From Octopus sinensis (Eukaryota): 64,000 nt of DNA. The notes under the pieces are model-generated. The model saw only the letters and a program-made list of their open reading frames with translations, was not told where the DNA came from and searched no databases. A program made the translations under genes and the position numbers. The stretch spans positions 162,812,001 through 162,876,000 of the forward strand of contig NC_042997.1 in NCBI RefSeq assembly GCF_006345805.1, written 5' to 3'. Shown here in pieces: positions 13,720 to 28,006 of the stretch. The number at the start of each line of letters is the position of its first letter. The stretch's first letter is position 1.

Positions 13720-15029
13720 TGTTTGCTTGAATATATATATATATGAATATGCGCGCGCACACACCTACATATAAACATATATTTACATATTGGAAATCAA
13801 TATAGACGAAACGTGCATATCGTAAGCGTACATCATTGCAGCTATACATATTCTCATACATAGATGCATGTATATAAACGCATACATTTACAATGTTGAT
13901 TATGTAAACAATTTTGGGGGAAGTCAATACATACACACAGTAGCACAAAGAAAGTTATATACACACGCTTGCATAGTGTACGAACGTGTGTATAGATCTA
14001 TGCATACGAGTACTTTGAAGCGTAGAAGTCATCTCATAGCCGCCTTGTTTAAATTTAAATGACTAAATATGACGTGTTTTCCTATTTTTTCCTTCTCATT
14101 TTCTTTCTTTCCTCTCTGTTCGTCGTCGTCGTCGTCCTCCTCTACTTTTTCCTCCATAGAACTCTCCCTCCAACTTCCTGTGGTCTTCAATTAACTTCCT
14201 CACAACAGACAAGTGATTACATCATAGCACCTCCGTGTAAATATATATTACACATTCTACAATGGAATACGTCGGGTAGCTAGGTGCACAGCTGATATAC
14301 TTGTATATTAAAAGCCGCTCTGCAAACCAGTTTTTCCTCCTATTCGAAGATATTTCTAAGAGAACTTTTGTTTTTCTTTAACGTGTAGATCCCCATCCTC
14401 CAGTGCCAATAAACACAAATATAACCACAGATGCACACACTCCAAAAGACGTTAACTCGACACAAATGCGCACATTTCATTTATACACAAACATTTAACG
14501 AAGTTAATTGTTGTTCACAAATAAAAGTCTGCAATTTATCCTACTCCTACTCCTTTTTCTCATCTAGCTTTATCGCATTATCATCATCATTACCCTCATC
14601 CTTCTTATCCTCGTCCTCCTTCTCATCATCATCCCCATTATCAGCGTCATCATCATCGATGTCGAGAAAAAGAAATGCATTGCAGTGTTTGTTCTTATCT
14701 TTATTTTCCGAGTTCAAATCGCACCGATGTTAAACCTGGCTTTCATCCTTTCCATGAAATACAAGCAGTAACATAAAGAAGTACCAGTGAAGAACTGGAA
14801 TTGCTGAGATCGAGTAATACCACCCTCTCCGCCCCACATTTTTGGTCTTGTGCCTATGTTTGAAAACAGGACGGAGCTGCAGTCCTGGGTCAAGAAAAGA
14901 CTAAAATTGACAGCCTAGTGCCTGGAATATTATCAGATACTCACTGCCCGCTACCTGTCGATGAGAGTTCGACAAAGCAACACATAATGATTTAGTGGTT
15001 GGTAAGAAGCGCTGTCGAGAATGAACTAC

Positions 15030-16582
15030 ATTGTCTCTTTCAGAGGACTTTGGAACCGGGAACTGCTAAACATAACTTCTAGAAATCTTGAACTGAAAAT
15101 GCTACCGAAGCTTAGTACCACTTCGAAATAAACTGTAAAGGCATGGAGATGTTATCTGGTACAACTGTCCGAGATGCACACAAAACGACGCAACTGTACT
15201 GCATGCACACATGCAATATTCGAGCGTCGTTGAATTGTGGAGTTATGTCGACCAACTGTTGTTGCGTGTAGGACGAATCTGGCTATTAGCTGACTCCGTC
15301 GTGATATTCTACTCACCACTCACTTTAACAAAACGGGATAGGAGGTATTCTATCTAGTGTCTATGATGAAAGAAGTTATGGGCGAACGCGACAGAATCAA
15401 AAACAGACACCTATCCCTTCGATCAAGCCTTCATCAACATTTTCAAGCTCCACATGAAAAAGAAAGTGAAAGTAGAGAGCGAACTAATCAAAAGATAGGG
15501 GATTAGCAAAAAATGATTAATGTGAACGGAGCTCTTCTAAGCATGCGCTTGAATATTGGAGAACAGTAGCTGGACGAAGATTTGTGCCCATGATGTTCGG
15601 CGTGATCATGGATCTGTAAGGTGCCTTGATTGGCCCTATTTAGAGTTTCCCTGTATCAGAAAGGCTACTATCATCCAAATATACTTTTTTTAATCTCATT
15701 TCTTTCTCTCTTCCCTTTCTTCCCTTCATCATTTGAACTAATTGAGTATTCAAATATCAGAGGCCAACATCGCATTCCATCATGCCAGGGTTGATAATAG
15801 GGTACCAGTCAAGTATTAATGCTGATTTAATCTGCTATACGTTCCTACTACTAATCTGTGACCCAGAGCCAATGTAAAAAATCATTATCATTTGCAGTGC
15901 TATGTCAAACGCAAACCAAAGTTGGATCTTTCGCATGTGGTATGTTGCCAGACGCTCACTACACTCTATCAGCTAGACAATACAGCCAGTGGAACGTTAA
16001 TCATCCCATTCTACAGTGGATTAAGAAAAGATGTCATAACGATGATTTCAGTGCAATTCTAGATCGAAGTAAGTCTGAGAAATTTATTTGGAGGATTTTC
16101 AGGTCGGATTTTATGAACAATTTTCAAAAGCCCTTGACCTAGCAGTGCTTGTTTGGAATAAATTCTATAAATATATATTTATTGAAGACGCCAGCAACGG
16201 AACCTGTCCGAGATGCGGGCAGGGAAACTAAGCTATCCGGTTAGCACTTGTTCGGTGTCTATGCAATACTAATTTGTGGTTTGAAGTCGAACAGCTGCCA
16301 TTGTGAAGGTCGTCCCACTACCTTTCTTTCTCAAGGAAGAGTGAAGAGTCTGATGGCTATTGGCATAAAGTTGTACAAGGAATGCAAGTGAAAAGTTGTC
16401 CTCTGAGATCAAATTCTCATCAGCTTCGCATACCACTTGAAGACGATGATGATATAGCGAGGCAAACTTCCTTCCAGTAAATTTTCTGAAAGGTGGACGA
16501 AATCAAGGATGTAGCTCAAGATCGCGTCCACTGGTACGAAAGAGTCGCGGCCCTATGCTCCTTACGGAGAAATGTGGACTAA
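15030..16582 (+). pseudogene. Heavily decayed RTE-clade LINE
   Basis: Scattered AP-endonuclease-like pieces (RTLEPG, NVNGALLS) and an RTE-type C-terminus AQDRVHWYERVAALCSLRRNVD* ending at 16582. Many stops and frameshifts. Confidence 0.5.
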
Positions 16583-17030
16583 CAAAATTAACTGGGCGAA
16601 AATGGTGAAATTGGTGTTGTTACATAGACCTTCACACATGCAGCTGTAGACTGGCGGCAAGCATCTGTGGGTCCTCCCATTGATGTGTCGAACTAAGCTG
16701 GGGTTTTGTATATCCGATTATCCGAATTGGTTGTTTCTATTTTGGAGAGACTTTATTAGTTTCTTGCCTTTTATTGCTTTGCTACTTCTTTCTTTATTAT
16801 TTCTCTAAATTGTTATTATTAGATTTCTTTTTGTACCGTATCAGTTTCTGTATTTTGCGCTTGTAAAAGCATTAGTGTCTCTGAGCCCTTATGACTATTA
16901 CAGAATTATTATTATTATTATTTTTGTTTAGCTCAGGTTCGGTCTTATTCCTGGTAGGAATTATGTGGATAGCGGGTTACTACCTGTAACTTTAGGTATC
17001 CACAAAGTTTTCAGCATTATTATTATTGTT

Positions 17031-17175
17031 GAGTGAGAGAGCAGTGCATGCTATCAAAGTGACACTGGGGTAAAAATATGCGAAGCCCAATATACCCATC
17101 ATGACTACCCGTCCGATAAGGGCACACCACGCAAATGCAACACAACCATATGTGCGTGATATGGTGTTCTCATAT
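17031..17175 (-). mobile_element. Family C truncated copy (terminal ~145 bp)
   Basis: Reverse complement of the family C right end, flanked by ATT/ATC repeats. Confidence 0.8.
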
Positions 17176-19164
17176 AGTAATCATCATCATTATCATCGTC
17201 ATAATCGCTGTCGTCGTCGTCTTTCTGGATCGATGAAATAAGTATCAGTTGAGCACTAAGGTCAACGTAATTGACATAAATCCACTCCTAAAAATTTGCA
17301 GCCTGATGCCAATATCAGAAACGGATATTATTATCATTATCATCTTTATTTTGTGGTTTTGGTCTTTTCATATGACTTCTTTCATTCAGTGTATCTCTGT
17401 GCATAGGAAGTGTGTGTGCAGCATTACCTTGCAGGAAAAATACGTTGCAGAATTTCCCTTTATGGTGTTTGTGGTGTTTTAATCTTGCTCTTGAAAGCTT
17501 TTATTTCATGGGAAGATTCTTTTATTCTTTTAATGGTTTCAGTAGCCTTAATTTATTTCCTATCAGTTTTGTTGCCGCTGTATGTCTGGAAGTTGGTCCA
17601 TGATTGAGTTTGTAACAGCTGATATTCCCTGAGTGTATCCCTGAAAGGTTGGCTGGTCCGGTATCATCGCTAGGAGTATATCCAATGTTTTTTTTTTATG
17701 TTTCAGTAAATGTTTATTTTTATATTTCTGATTTCATTAGGTAGCCAATTGAAAAACTGAGGGACTCAAAATATCAGAACACAGAATAGAGTATTCTTGC
17801 TTGTAATTTCGAAGGTGGTATATTTGGAAGTTAATACTGTCTACCAATTTGTGCATTAAAATTTTCTCAAGGACCGAAGCTTGGATACGTATGTCTCACT
17901 CTAAGATAACTATGTACTTAGTTGCTTTACCGAACTGAAAATAGCAATTCTAGAATACGCTTTGTGCCTTGAAGAGATTCTTTTGAATTGTGTGCCGTGT
18001 TCTAATAACTAGTTCGGTTTTTATGTCATTATTCACATACTTTTTAATGATATTCAGCGCACCAGTTATTATTGGCACTAGTTTCTTTTTGTTTTTTTTT
18101 TATCTCAGATCACATACCTTAAATCTATTTCGAGTTTTTGTACTTTTATAGCTTTTCCAATTTCCTGCAGGAGATGATAGTAGGAGGAGAGCGAGATGGC
18201 TATCAGGGCGCATAAGTTTTCGTATAACCTTTGATAAGGATATTTGGGTTGTATGTCTTGAGTATCGACAATCATGTCGAAGCTATATTAGTGAAACATG
18301 TCGTGTTTGGTTTTCACTTACACCACATAAACTCAATAAGTCATTTAACGGTGTTTCTCGAAGCGAATGCGACTATAAACAATAGTTTGTAATATACTAG
18401 ATTAAAAACCAAGTCTTGGATTGACAAGCATATTCTAAAAGTAAACATAATTTCTGTTTAAAAAAAAGTGACTATATATTACCCAATGGATACAACCACG
18501 TATCCGGTTTTGTGTTTATATATTTTCTATTTGCAGGGAATGGACAACCGGAAGTGTGTTGGATGATTGTTTATATATGTTGATTGCAACCGGAAATGAG
18601 GTGATTGAGTATTTATATATGTTGATTACCTCCACTATGCTGGTTATGGTAGTCGAGTTTTATTATTTTAGTTTGATGTATGCTATATGTGAAGCATTGA
18701 TCTTCTGCTGCTAAATTGCTTTTAGTCCAGAGCTCTTGAGCCATTGTTAGTTTTCATATGGGGCTATTGTCTCTCTGCTTCAAATCTTGCCGGATATTGA
18801 GCAAGGAGACTACTTTTCTCTGTTTTGTTACATATTTTTTTAGTTCAGCATTGAACTTATCTTTTGTTTTTATTTCCTACTTTTTCTTTTGATTTGCAAT
18901 TAAACCTTTTCTATCACAGTAATTAGTTTCTCCTTTACAACTTATTATTTCCTTATAAAGACAGACAAACATTTTGTTTGTTTTCTTTCGTATTGTTTTA
19001 TTATACAGTGTACCTTAGCTTGCTTCTAAGTATTTCTGTAGAGACACTTTATCATTTAGTTATAAGACCCATTCCCCACCATTATCCTGGTAAGTACAAC
19101 CTATCTATATATCAGCTTAAATACTTTGAGTTCGGAGTGCAGTTAACAGCTTTCTAGTTCTTCT

Positions 19165-19312
19165 GTCCCGGTAAGTTAGTGGTTCGGCAAAACAGATGGA
19201 TGGAATAACCAGGCTTTAAAAAATAAGTACTGAGGTCGATTCATTTGACTAAACATTCTTCGAGGCGATGCCCCAGCATGGCCGTAGTTTAATGACTGAA
19301 ACAAGTAAAAAA
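19165..19312 (+). mobile_element. SINE family B 3' half
   Basis: ...GGTTCGGCAAAACAGA...CCCCAGCATGGCCGTAGTTTAATGACTGAAACAAGTAAAA. Confidence 0.7.
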
Positions 19313-19664
19313 AAAGCTCTTCAGTTCACTAACCTTCAATTTTGTTTTATTGAACCCGCAGTTTATGGACTAGTTTTGCTGGTTTGTTTATAACTATTAT
19401 CTAGTTTCTAGCATTAAGTTTGTTTTCAATACTCATGACTCATTTGCACTCCACTTTTTTCTAATTTACTCATTCATTTCTGTACACAGTACCATATGTA
19501 AGATTCATCAACTCCAAAATGATTATTGTTATTTCGTTCTAATTCTCTGATTTCAGTGTCTAGATCAGTCACGGGGAAAATGCAACCCGCAGGAATTTTC
19601 TGATTGGCACGCCTATCGAAAATTACCTTGAATATGTCTAGTAATGCAACATGAACCATGTCTC

Positions 19665-19701
19665 ACGCGGCCCATTTCTCGAAAAAGGTTGCACATGCCT
19701 G
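19665..19701 (-). mobile_element. hAT-Charlie-like terminal sequence
   Basis: Minus strand reads CAGGCATGTGCAACCTTTTTCGAGAAATGGGCCGCG. The adjacent 8-mer GTCTAAAT resembles the Charlie target-site consensus. The partner end was not found. Confidence 0.45.
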
Positions 19702-19788
19702 GTCTAAATATAACTCAATTTGAGTTTCAATGAATTACTATTTTCTTTGGTAATTTTGTATCCTCACATGCGTATTTTATTATTACCA

Positions 19789-20210
19789 CAGAATAAGGCG
19801 GTAACCTGGTGCGCCGGACAAAATGCTAAGCGGCATTTCGTTCATCTTTACATTCCGTGGAGGTCGACTTTGTCTTTCATCCTTCCGGGGTCGATGAAAC
19901 AAGTACCAGTTGAGTACTGTCGTCGATGTAATCGACAAGCCCCACTTTAAGAATTCTGGACTTGCGCCCTTAGTAGAAGGGATTAGTAAAACAGAATAAG
20001 ACAGCGAGTTCGCAGGATCGTTAGCACGCCGGGGAAAATGCTTAGCAGCATTTCACCGTCTTTAAGTTCTGTGTTTAAATGCCACTGTGGTGGATTTTGT
20101 CTTTCACCCTTTCGGTGTCGATAAAATAAGTACCAATTGAACACTGGGATCTATGTAATCGACTTCTCTTTCCCTCAAAATCTGCTGGTTCTGTGCCTGC
20201 TGTAGAAAGA
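19789..20210 (+). mobile_element. Two SINE family A copies in tandem
   Basis: Family A head and body at ~19789-19985 and ~19993-20210. Confidence 0.75.
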
Positions 20211-20467
20211 ATTCACATATAGATTTTTGTAAGTTACCTAGTGGGAACAGTACATTTTCTACAGTTTTTTAGCCATTCATATAATATAGATAATTCATGA
20301 TTTGTCTTCAGTGTTTGTTACTACTTCTGGTTTGAATCAGCAAACTTGTTAATAGAATCAATAGAATAATAGTTAATAGAAAAAAAAAACATTGAAGAGA
20401 AAAGGGTTCACTGTGGAATGGGTTATTTAAAAAAAAAAACTTCTTTTCATTTTACAGTATAAGTGAT

Positions 20468-20889
20468 ACTCTTTACTCTTTTACTCTTTTACTTGTTTCA
20501 GTCATTTGACTGCGGCCATGCTGGAGCACCGCCTTTAGTCGAGCAAATCGACCCCGGGAATTATTCTTTGTAAGCCCAGTACTTATTCTATCGGTCTCTT
20601 TTGCCGAACCGCTAAGTGATGGCGACGTAAACACACCAGCATCGGTTGTCAAGCAATGCTAGGGGGACAAACACAGACGCACAAACATACACACACACAC
20701 ATATATATATATATATACATATATACGACGGGCTTCTTTCAGTTTCCGTCTACCAAATCCACTCACAAGGCTTTGGTCGGCCCGAGGCTATAGTAAAAGA
20801 CACTTGCTCAAGATGCCTCGCAGTGGCACTGAACCCGGAACCATGTGGTTGGTAAGCAAGCGACTTACCACACAGCCACTCCTGCGCCT
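20468..20889 (-). mobile_element. SINE family B, full length, with internal (TA)/(TG) microsatellite
   Basis: tRNA-like head (TGGCTGTGTGG; GGTTCAGTGCC), internal microsatellite, 3' half, and tail of AAAGAGT-like repeats. Confidence 0.9.
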
Positions 20890-21845
20890 GTTTTTGATTT
20901 TTATACTCGCTTTGGAGTTTTTTTTTCAATATTTTTTTCATTTATTCAATATACTAAATTCTTATGCATTTACAAAGGATTTTAAGCATGTGATTGAGAT
21001 TAATCGTGGATCTCTTTTTACTTACGTTGCATAGTGAGGGCTATTGTGCTTATTTACTATACAGCAATCTTCTAGGATATCTCGATGTTTCGGTGACCGC
21101 TCGCCTCTTCATACAGTGTTCAAAGAGCAAGTTACCGCGAAAACTTACAATAAAATGACAGTCACCATGAGATATAAAGCGACTAGGACGCATACAAAGA
21201 CACGGGGACATACAGGAGAAACTAAAAAAAAAAAAGCACACACATCTATATAAAACCGAGAAAATCACGTTTTACTAACGCAGTGAAGATATTTCCAGGG
21301 TGCTCCATTGGGAATGATATTGAGTTAGAAAACTTAAAACACCTAAATGTGTGGAGACGTGTATACGTGGATATGTGTATATATGGGTAAGCAGATACAT
21401 GCAAGTATACACACATGCATGAACACACACACACACACACACACACATGTCTGTGTTTTGTGCTTGTCTGAGCGACGATGCATGATTACAAGGATGAATA
21501 CGTGCGTTTTGTAATATGCATGCGATTATGATAGTGTCTAATCAGATTTACATAACTGTCTAAATAGAAATGTATATGTACATAATGCCTTAGAATAAAA
21601 GATGTGTACATTCATGCATAGATGATGCTTCAGCGAATATGCTTCAAAGATTTCGTACACAAGCATACCTGAGTGTGTGTGAGTCAACGTACACATACAT
21701 GCAAATCTATATACATATACATATTTCAATATATACACATATATAAATACACACACACATATATGTACGGATGTTTGAACATAAATATACATCAAAGCAT
21801 GGAAATGCACATGCACCAATATATATACCTACATACGTACATACA

Positions 21846-21892
<47 letters not shown>

Positions 21893-22514
21893 GTACATAT
21901 GTATATATACATATATATAAGTATATATACATATATAGGTATAGATATAGATAAATATAGACATTTATATATGTATGTACATATATATATATATATATAT
22001 ATATACATATTATATATATACATATATACATAAACACATACACACATATATGCATATGCACACAAACATATACACATATATATGTGTACATACACAGAGT
22101 CATCAGCATTGGAAAGTCTATGAGGGGCTAATGAGTGATCCCACAGTAAATTCGCGGTCACCCTTTATGAAATTTAGCTGGAAGCAACAACAGTTAAAGC
22201 AGTAGTAGTAAGAACAACAACAACAATAATAGTAAAAAAAAAAGAAAGACGCTGAGAGGAAATTTAGTGTAAAAGACCAACGGCTTCACAGAGTTCAAAT
22301 CCTACGTATGATTACTATTGTAAAAACATCACCTAATAGCTAGGTGAAAGAAACGTGGTCGTAAATACTTGCATGTAGCAACCATTTTTGAAAGAGACTA
22401 ATTTCAAAGTCTCTAATAATGCTCATGGTATATAACGTACACATAACCCAATACTACGAGAAAACGCATGTGCACTTATATAATGATATAATGATGCAAA
22501 TATCTATCTATCTG

Positions 22515-22591
<77 letters not shown>

Positions 22592-22622
22592 TTATCTATC
22601 TGTCTGTCTGTCTGTATGTCTA

Positions 22623-22653
<31 letters not shown>

Positions 22654-23999
22654 ATATATCTATCTATCAACCATCTATCTATCTATCTAGCTATCTGTTT
22701 CTATCAACCTGTATATATATATATATATATATATATATGCATGTAAGTATGTATATATGCATGTATACACATATGCATATATACGCGCACACATATATAT
22801 ATATATGTGCCTGGGTATATATGAATATATATATATATATATATCTATATTTCTGTAATTATGCATGTGTGTATCTGTGTGTGTGTGTATGTGTGTGTGT
22901 GTGCGTGCGTGCGTGTGTGTGTGTGTGTGTGTGTGCGCCGGTCACATAATACGGTGCTTACTAGACGATATCTCTTTCGCGATGGCGATGATTGTTTTCT
23001 CTGTCCAATGAACATAATATATATAATGGGCAGAACAATTTTCTCTGGTCATCATTATCATCATCACAATCACAGCCACCACTGCCACCAACACCAACAC
23101 CACCACCACCACCACAGCCACCGCCACCACTGCAAGCAACATTGCTCCCACCAGCACCACACCATTCGCCACCATGATAATGACTACCATTTACTCCCAT
23201 CAGCACAATCACTACCACCTGAAAATGGACAGTACGACTTGATTTTAGCCACAGGATGACTCAGGCCCTTAAATTGACCACTTTTGATCCTTGTGACGAT
23301 CAGGGAATCGTCGGCTTTCACTCTCCACAATTATGGTTTGGTGTGGCATAATAATGGGGTAAGAACCATTCTATTAACCTTTCTTTTGATTGGTCAGAAA
23401 GCTGGAAGGCTTCTAGGAAACAAGCTTAAAATCTGCCCAGTTTTGCAAAAGGCTGCTACATACGGCATCTGATATGATCGGATCAATTTTCTAACGCTAT
23501 GTCCACGAGGAAAGAAGGGAAAAGGGTCGTAAAACAGATTTTAACTCTGAACATTTATCACGCTCGATACACTTATGTACTCGTATATAGATTAGGTCAT
23601 CCATACTTACATTACTTTGCAAGAAGGGATATTCATAGAAAAGCACCACATACAGATGCGACTGCACGCATACACTGACGTGCATATGCATATATGTATA
23701 CATTGCCATACATACATATATACGCTCATTCATCTCTCTCTCTCTCTGTATATATATATGTGTGTGTATGTGTGTGTATGTGTATGTGTGTGTGTGTGCG
23801 TGTGTATGCGGGCGTGTGTGTGTGTAGACACGTGTATACACACACACATATATATATATATATGCATATATATACAGGCCTATATGTGTCTGTGAGCTTA
23901 TGTGTGAGGGATATATGTGTGTGTATGTTTGTGTACGTGCACATACACGCATATACAAACACAAGTCCACACACATATATGTGAAACCTAGCCGCTCAG

Positions 24000-24079
<80 letters not shown>

Positions 24080-24104
24080 ATGTGTGTGTGCGTGTATGTA
24101 TACG

Positions 24105-24165
<61 letters not shown>

Positions 24166-24610
24166 CTGTGTGTATGTATGTACACATACCCTGTAGGAGT
24201 ACTAAAATAAGTTGAATATATTTCTACCAATCAATATCACCATTACATTTATATGGAGAGATGCAGGTATAGCTGTGTATATAAGAAGCTCGCTTCGCAA
24301 CAATCAGCTTCTGTCCCGGTTTCAGTCTTGATGCACGGCATCTTGAACAGTTCCCTTCTACTGCAGCCTCGTGCTGACTTTTGATACGCAAGTGAAATGT
24401 ATTAGCTGGAAATTGTGTGGAAATCCGTCCCATATACTGATGCACGTGCGCGGGAGTACTGAGATGTCTACTCGAATCTGGTATTATTTTGTTAAAACCT
24501 TTTGTTAAGTGGTTAAGTCATCTTTTCTGACATAAAGGTGCTCAACATGCAAGACAGTATTTCAATCCGTGTATGTGCCAATGTGTATTCGTTTATTCTT
24601 TTATTTTTTT

Positions 24611-24865
24611 ATTCTTTTATTCTTTTACTTGTTTCAATCATTTGACTGTGACCATGCTGAAGCACCGCCTCAAACGGTTTGAGCCGAAGAAATCAACCCC
24701 AGGACTTATTCTTTCTAAGCTCAGTACTTATATCGGCTTATTTTGCCGAACCGCTAATTTAAGGGGACGTACACACACCAACATCGGTTGTCAGGTGATG
24801 GTGCTGGGACAAATACAGACACAACGATACACACACATAAATATATACGTATACATACATACATG

Positions 24866-24953
<88 letters not shown>

Positions 24954-25191
24954 GTATGTACATATATATACGTATATATTTATGTTTGTCTTTTTTATCT
25001 GTATTTGTCCACTCATATATATATATATGACGGGATTCTTTCAGTTTCCGTCTACCAAATCCATTCACAAGGCTCTGGTCGGCTCGAGGTGGTAGTGGAT
25101 GACACTTCCGGAATGTCCTATGCAGTGGGACTGGATCCGAAACCATGAGGTTGGAAAGCAAGCTTCTTACCACACAGCCAAGCCTGCGCCT
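24611..25191 (-). mobile_element. SINE family B, full length, with expanded internal microsatellite
   Basis: Same architecture as 20468-20889, with a ~190-bp internal TA/CATA tract. Confidence 0.85.
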
Positions 25192-25204
25192 ATGTATCTA
25201 TCAA

Positions 25205-25460
25205 AAGGATCAACGGTCTTTCTCGAGCTATAGGCTAATAAGGCTGGTTTTCCCGAATTCTGTGGCGTATTTATCTTGGACTTTGGATGGAACGTCGGCC
25301 CGTCGCAGGATTACTCATTTTTGCTGGCTGATTGTACTGGAGCAACGTGAAAGGAAGTGTTTTGCTCAAGAAGAAAGCGCATTGTCCTGTCCAGGAATCG
25401 AAATCACGATCTTACGATCATGAGTGCAACACCTTAAACATTAGGTCACACGCATCCAAT
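25205..25460 (-). mobile_element. SINE family E copy
   Basis: tRNA-like head related to 31915-32215 and 53505-53670. Confidence 0.55.
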
Positions 25461-26035
25461 GTATGTCTGTATACTTATACACGCACGCACACACACACAT
25501 ACACACACACGCACGCACACAAAACACACACATATATATGCACAGACACACACGCATACAGTTATATATGTATACATAGTACGTACATACATACATACAT
25601 ACATACATACATACATACATACATACATACATACAAATATACAAATATACACACAAACATGCATACATACACACAGCTATTTTTGTATATATGTGTGTGT
25701 ATGTGTGTGTCTGTGTTTGCATGCGTGTCTCTGTGTGTGAGCGTAAATGCGTGTATTCCAGACTGCTAGAGAACTACATTCAAACACAACTTGTCTATTC
25801 AATTCGACATTTTTATTATAATAACATATATTTACTTGCTCACTTTCGACGAATAAATCATTCATTTACGTTTACGATATTTCAGAGAAGAGTGCATAGT
25901 CAGAGTCTTAGGTTGTTTCAAAAAGTAGGTTCATGAATTTCAGGTCACACTAATTTTAATGTAGTTATTTTAATGTTATTTTAAATTTAGAAATGATTAC
26001 ATTCCACCCTTATATAAAAATCAAATGAAAGATTA

Positions 26036-27317
26036 TCTAGTATATATAAATCGCAGTATGTGTGTGTATATTGACTAACGCATACATTTCCACAATTCTC
26101 AACCGATTTTCACCAAACTTTACATACACATTACTTATGTCCAAGGATGGTCATGCATCATAACATTTTGCCTAGTGCTCCCGCGTAAATGGACAAACCG
26201 GGAAAAACGGTGGTTCACACGGGCTTTTCTCTAATTTGTTGTATGTACATAGCTTTTTTGTATGTAAGGTCTTCCACACTTTTTAAATCTATATGATCGT
26301 ATATTGGCATTAGAGAATACTTTTTAGTGGTTTTCACATTTTATTATTATTTATTTATATATTGTAATTGTGTATTTTTACTTTCTATGTTTTTTAGTGT
26401 GTATTGGTGTGTACTGAGTGTTTTGGTTAGAGAATATTATAAAAGTGAAAGGATTTTGTCTATTTATTCGACTGTTTTCCATACTTCTTAAATCTATATG
26501 GTCGTATATTTGCATTACAGAATGCAAATAGTTTAGCTGTGTTCACATTTTTTAAATTCATTATTTATTTATATGTTGTAATTGTATATTATTATTTCCT
26601 ATATTTTTTAATATGTTTATTGTTGTGTATTGTTTGAGGGTTTCGGTTAGAGAATATCATAAAAGTGAAATCATTTTGTCTATTTATTTATTTATTTATT
26701 TATTTATTTATTTCGATGTCCACCTGCAACGGTGATTAAATTGACTAGAAACACTGTACGCGATGAATGTCCAATACCAAACAGTCTTAATCTCCAGATT
26801 TAAACTGCATTAAACTTTAGCAAGATTACCTTTACCTATTCTGAGTTGCTTGAAAGGTGATGTTCCCTTCCCTTTCTTCTATTTGTTGATAACTTTGTTT
26901 ACCTACCAATGTGTTGTTTCATTTTAAGGATGCTTATTTACCTATCCATTATGATATTTCGATTGTTGTCCATCGTTTCAAATACGTTTTAGCATTGTCA
27001 TCCTAGCCTTTTTTAAACAATCATATGAAGTTTCGCTTTCATGAAAAACAACTATATTTTGTAGTCATTATCCGTTATCTATTCCTAAAACACCCCAGTA
27101 TCTCTACTTTGTATCGCTTGCAAACTTATATGTTCTACGATCATTAAAGTGCAACGACCTCCACAATAACCAGCTTCAATTTGGTTTTCTGTTCCTAGGT
27201 TAATCGGAAACATAGATTGCCGTGCTACTTATAAATTTTCTTGGTAGTTCAATTATTTGGAGAAAAAAATATCACCAAAGCAGTTAAAACCGTCCAAAGC
27301 ACGGGTGCGCTTGCTAG
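26036..27317 (+). mobile_element. Non-autonomous Helitron-like element
   Basis: Starts A|TC at 26036. Ends with imperfect hairpin ACCGTCC-AAA-GCACGGGT followed by CTAG|T at 27314-27318. Contains a ~210-bp diverged internal tandem duplication. Confidence 0.65.
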
Positions 27318-27975
27318 TTTTATATAAAGACCGATTTGAATCACTCTTTTACAATTTTAAGAAATTTTGCATCTAATATCGGTAATCATATATTATTTAT
27401 ATGTTTCAATGAAGTTACGTTCAATAGTGCTATTCATTATAATAAATAAACACTTCTTAATTATGATTTCACAGATAAAAACAGTAGACAAATCGTATGA
27501 ATGCTTCTAAGTGTAAAAATAGATCAAGAAATATGTTCTGGTACAATCCAACTGTTAGTCTAAATGTTTTATCCTATATTGCGAGAGAGTTTCTAATTTC
27601 GTTTCGTTTTCCGATAAATTTTAGATAGCAGAAGCTTTTTTAGCGTGAACACAATGAGGGTAGCCCCTAAATAAACAAACTTACAATCAAAGTGTTCAAC
27701 GTATAATATATCTGGGACTATATTAACTTGGATACACATTCTGACATACTTTTACCTAAAGAAATATTAAGATGGTAGGCTATAATTTGAAGTATATTTA
27801 GCAACTATTTCTAGCAGGAAAAGGAAACACATGATATTCCTTCGGTCCGTATTAATATTATTACACTATAATTGTTTAAAGTTGTTGTAGTGATCCATAT
27901 TATTACCCGAGTCTGTTCATTTACCCATATATCAAATGATATATGGGTAAATGTACAAACTTACAGACTCAGGTA

Positions 27976-28003
<28 letters not shown>

Positions 28004-28006
<3 letters not shown>

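Noticed and set aside
14161-14283. Strong plus-strand splice-acceptor-like site
   Set aside because: The pyrimidine tract is low-complexity, and no convincing donor or peptide follows.
21071-21116. Minus-strand AUGAAGA-GG..CC-GAAA hammerhead-like relic
   Set aside because: C3 is mutated and stem I does not pair; too decayed to call.
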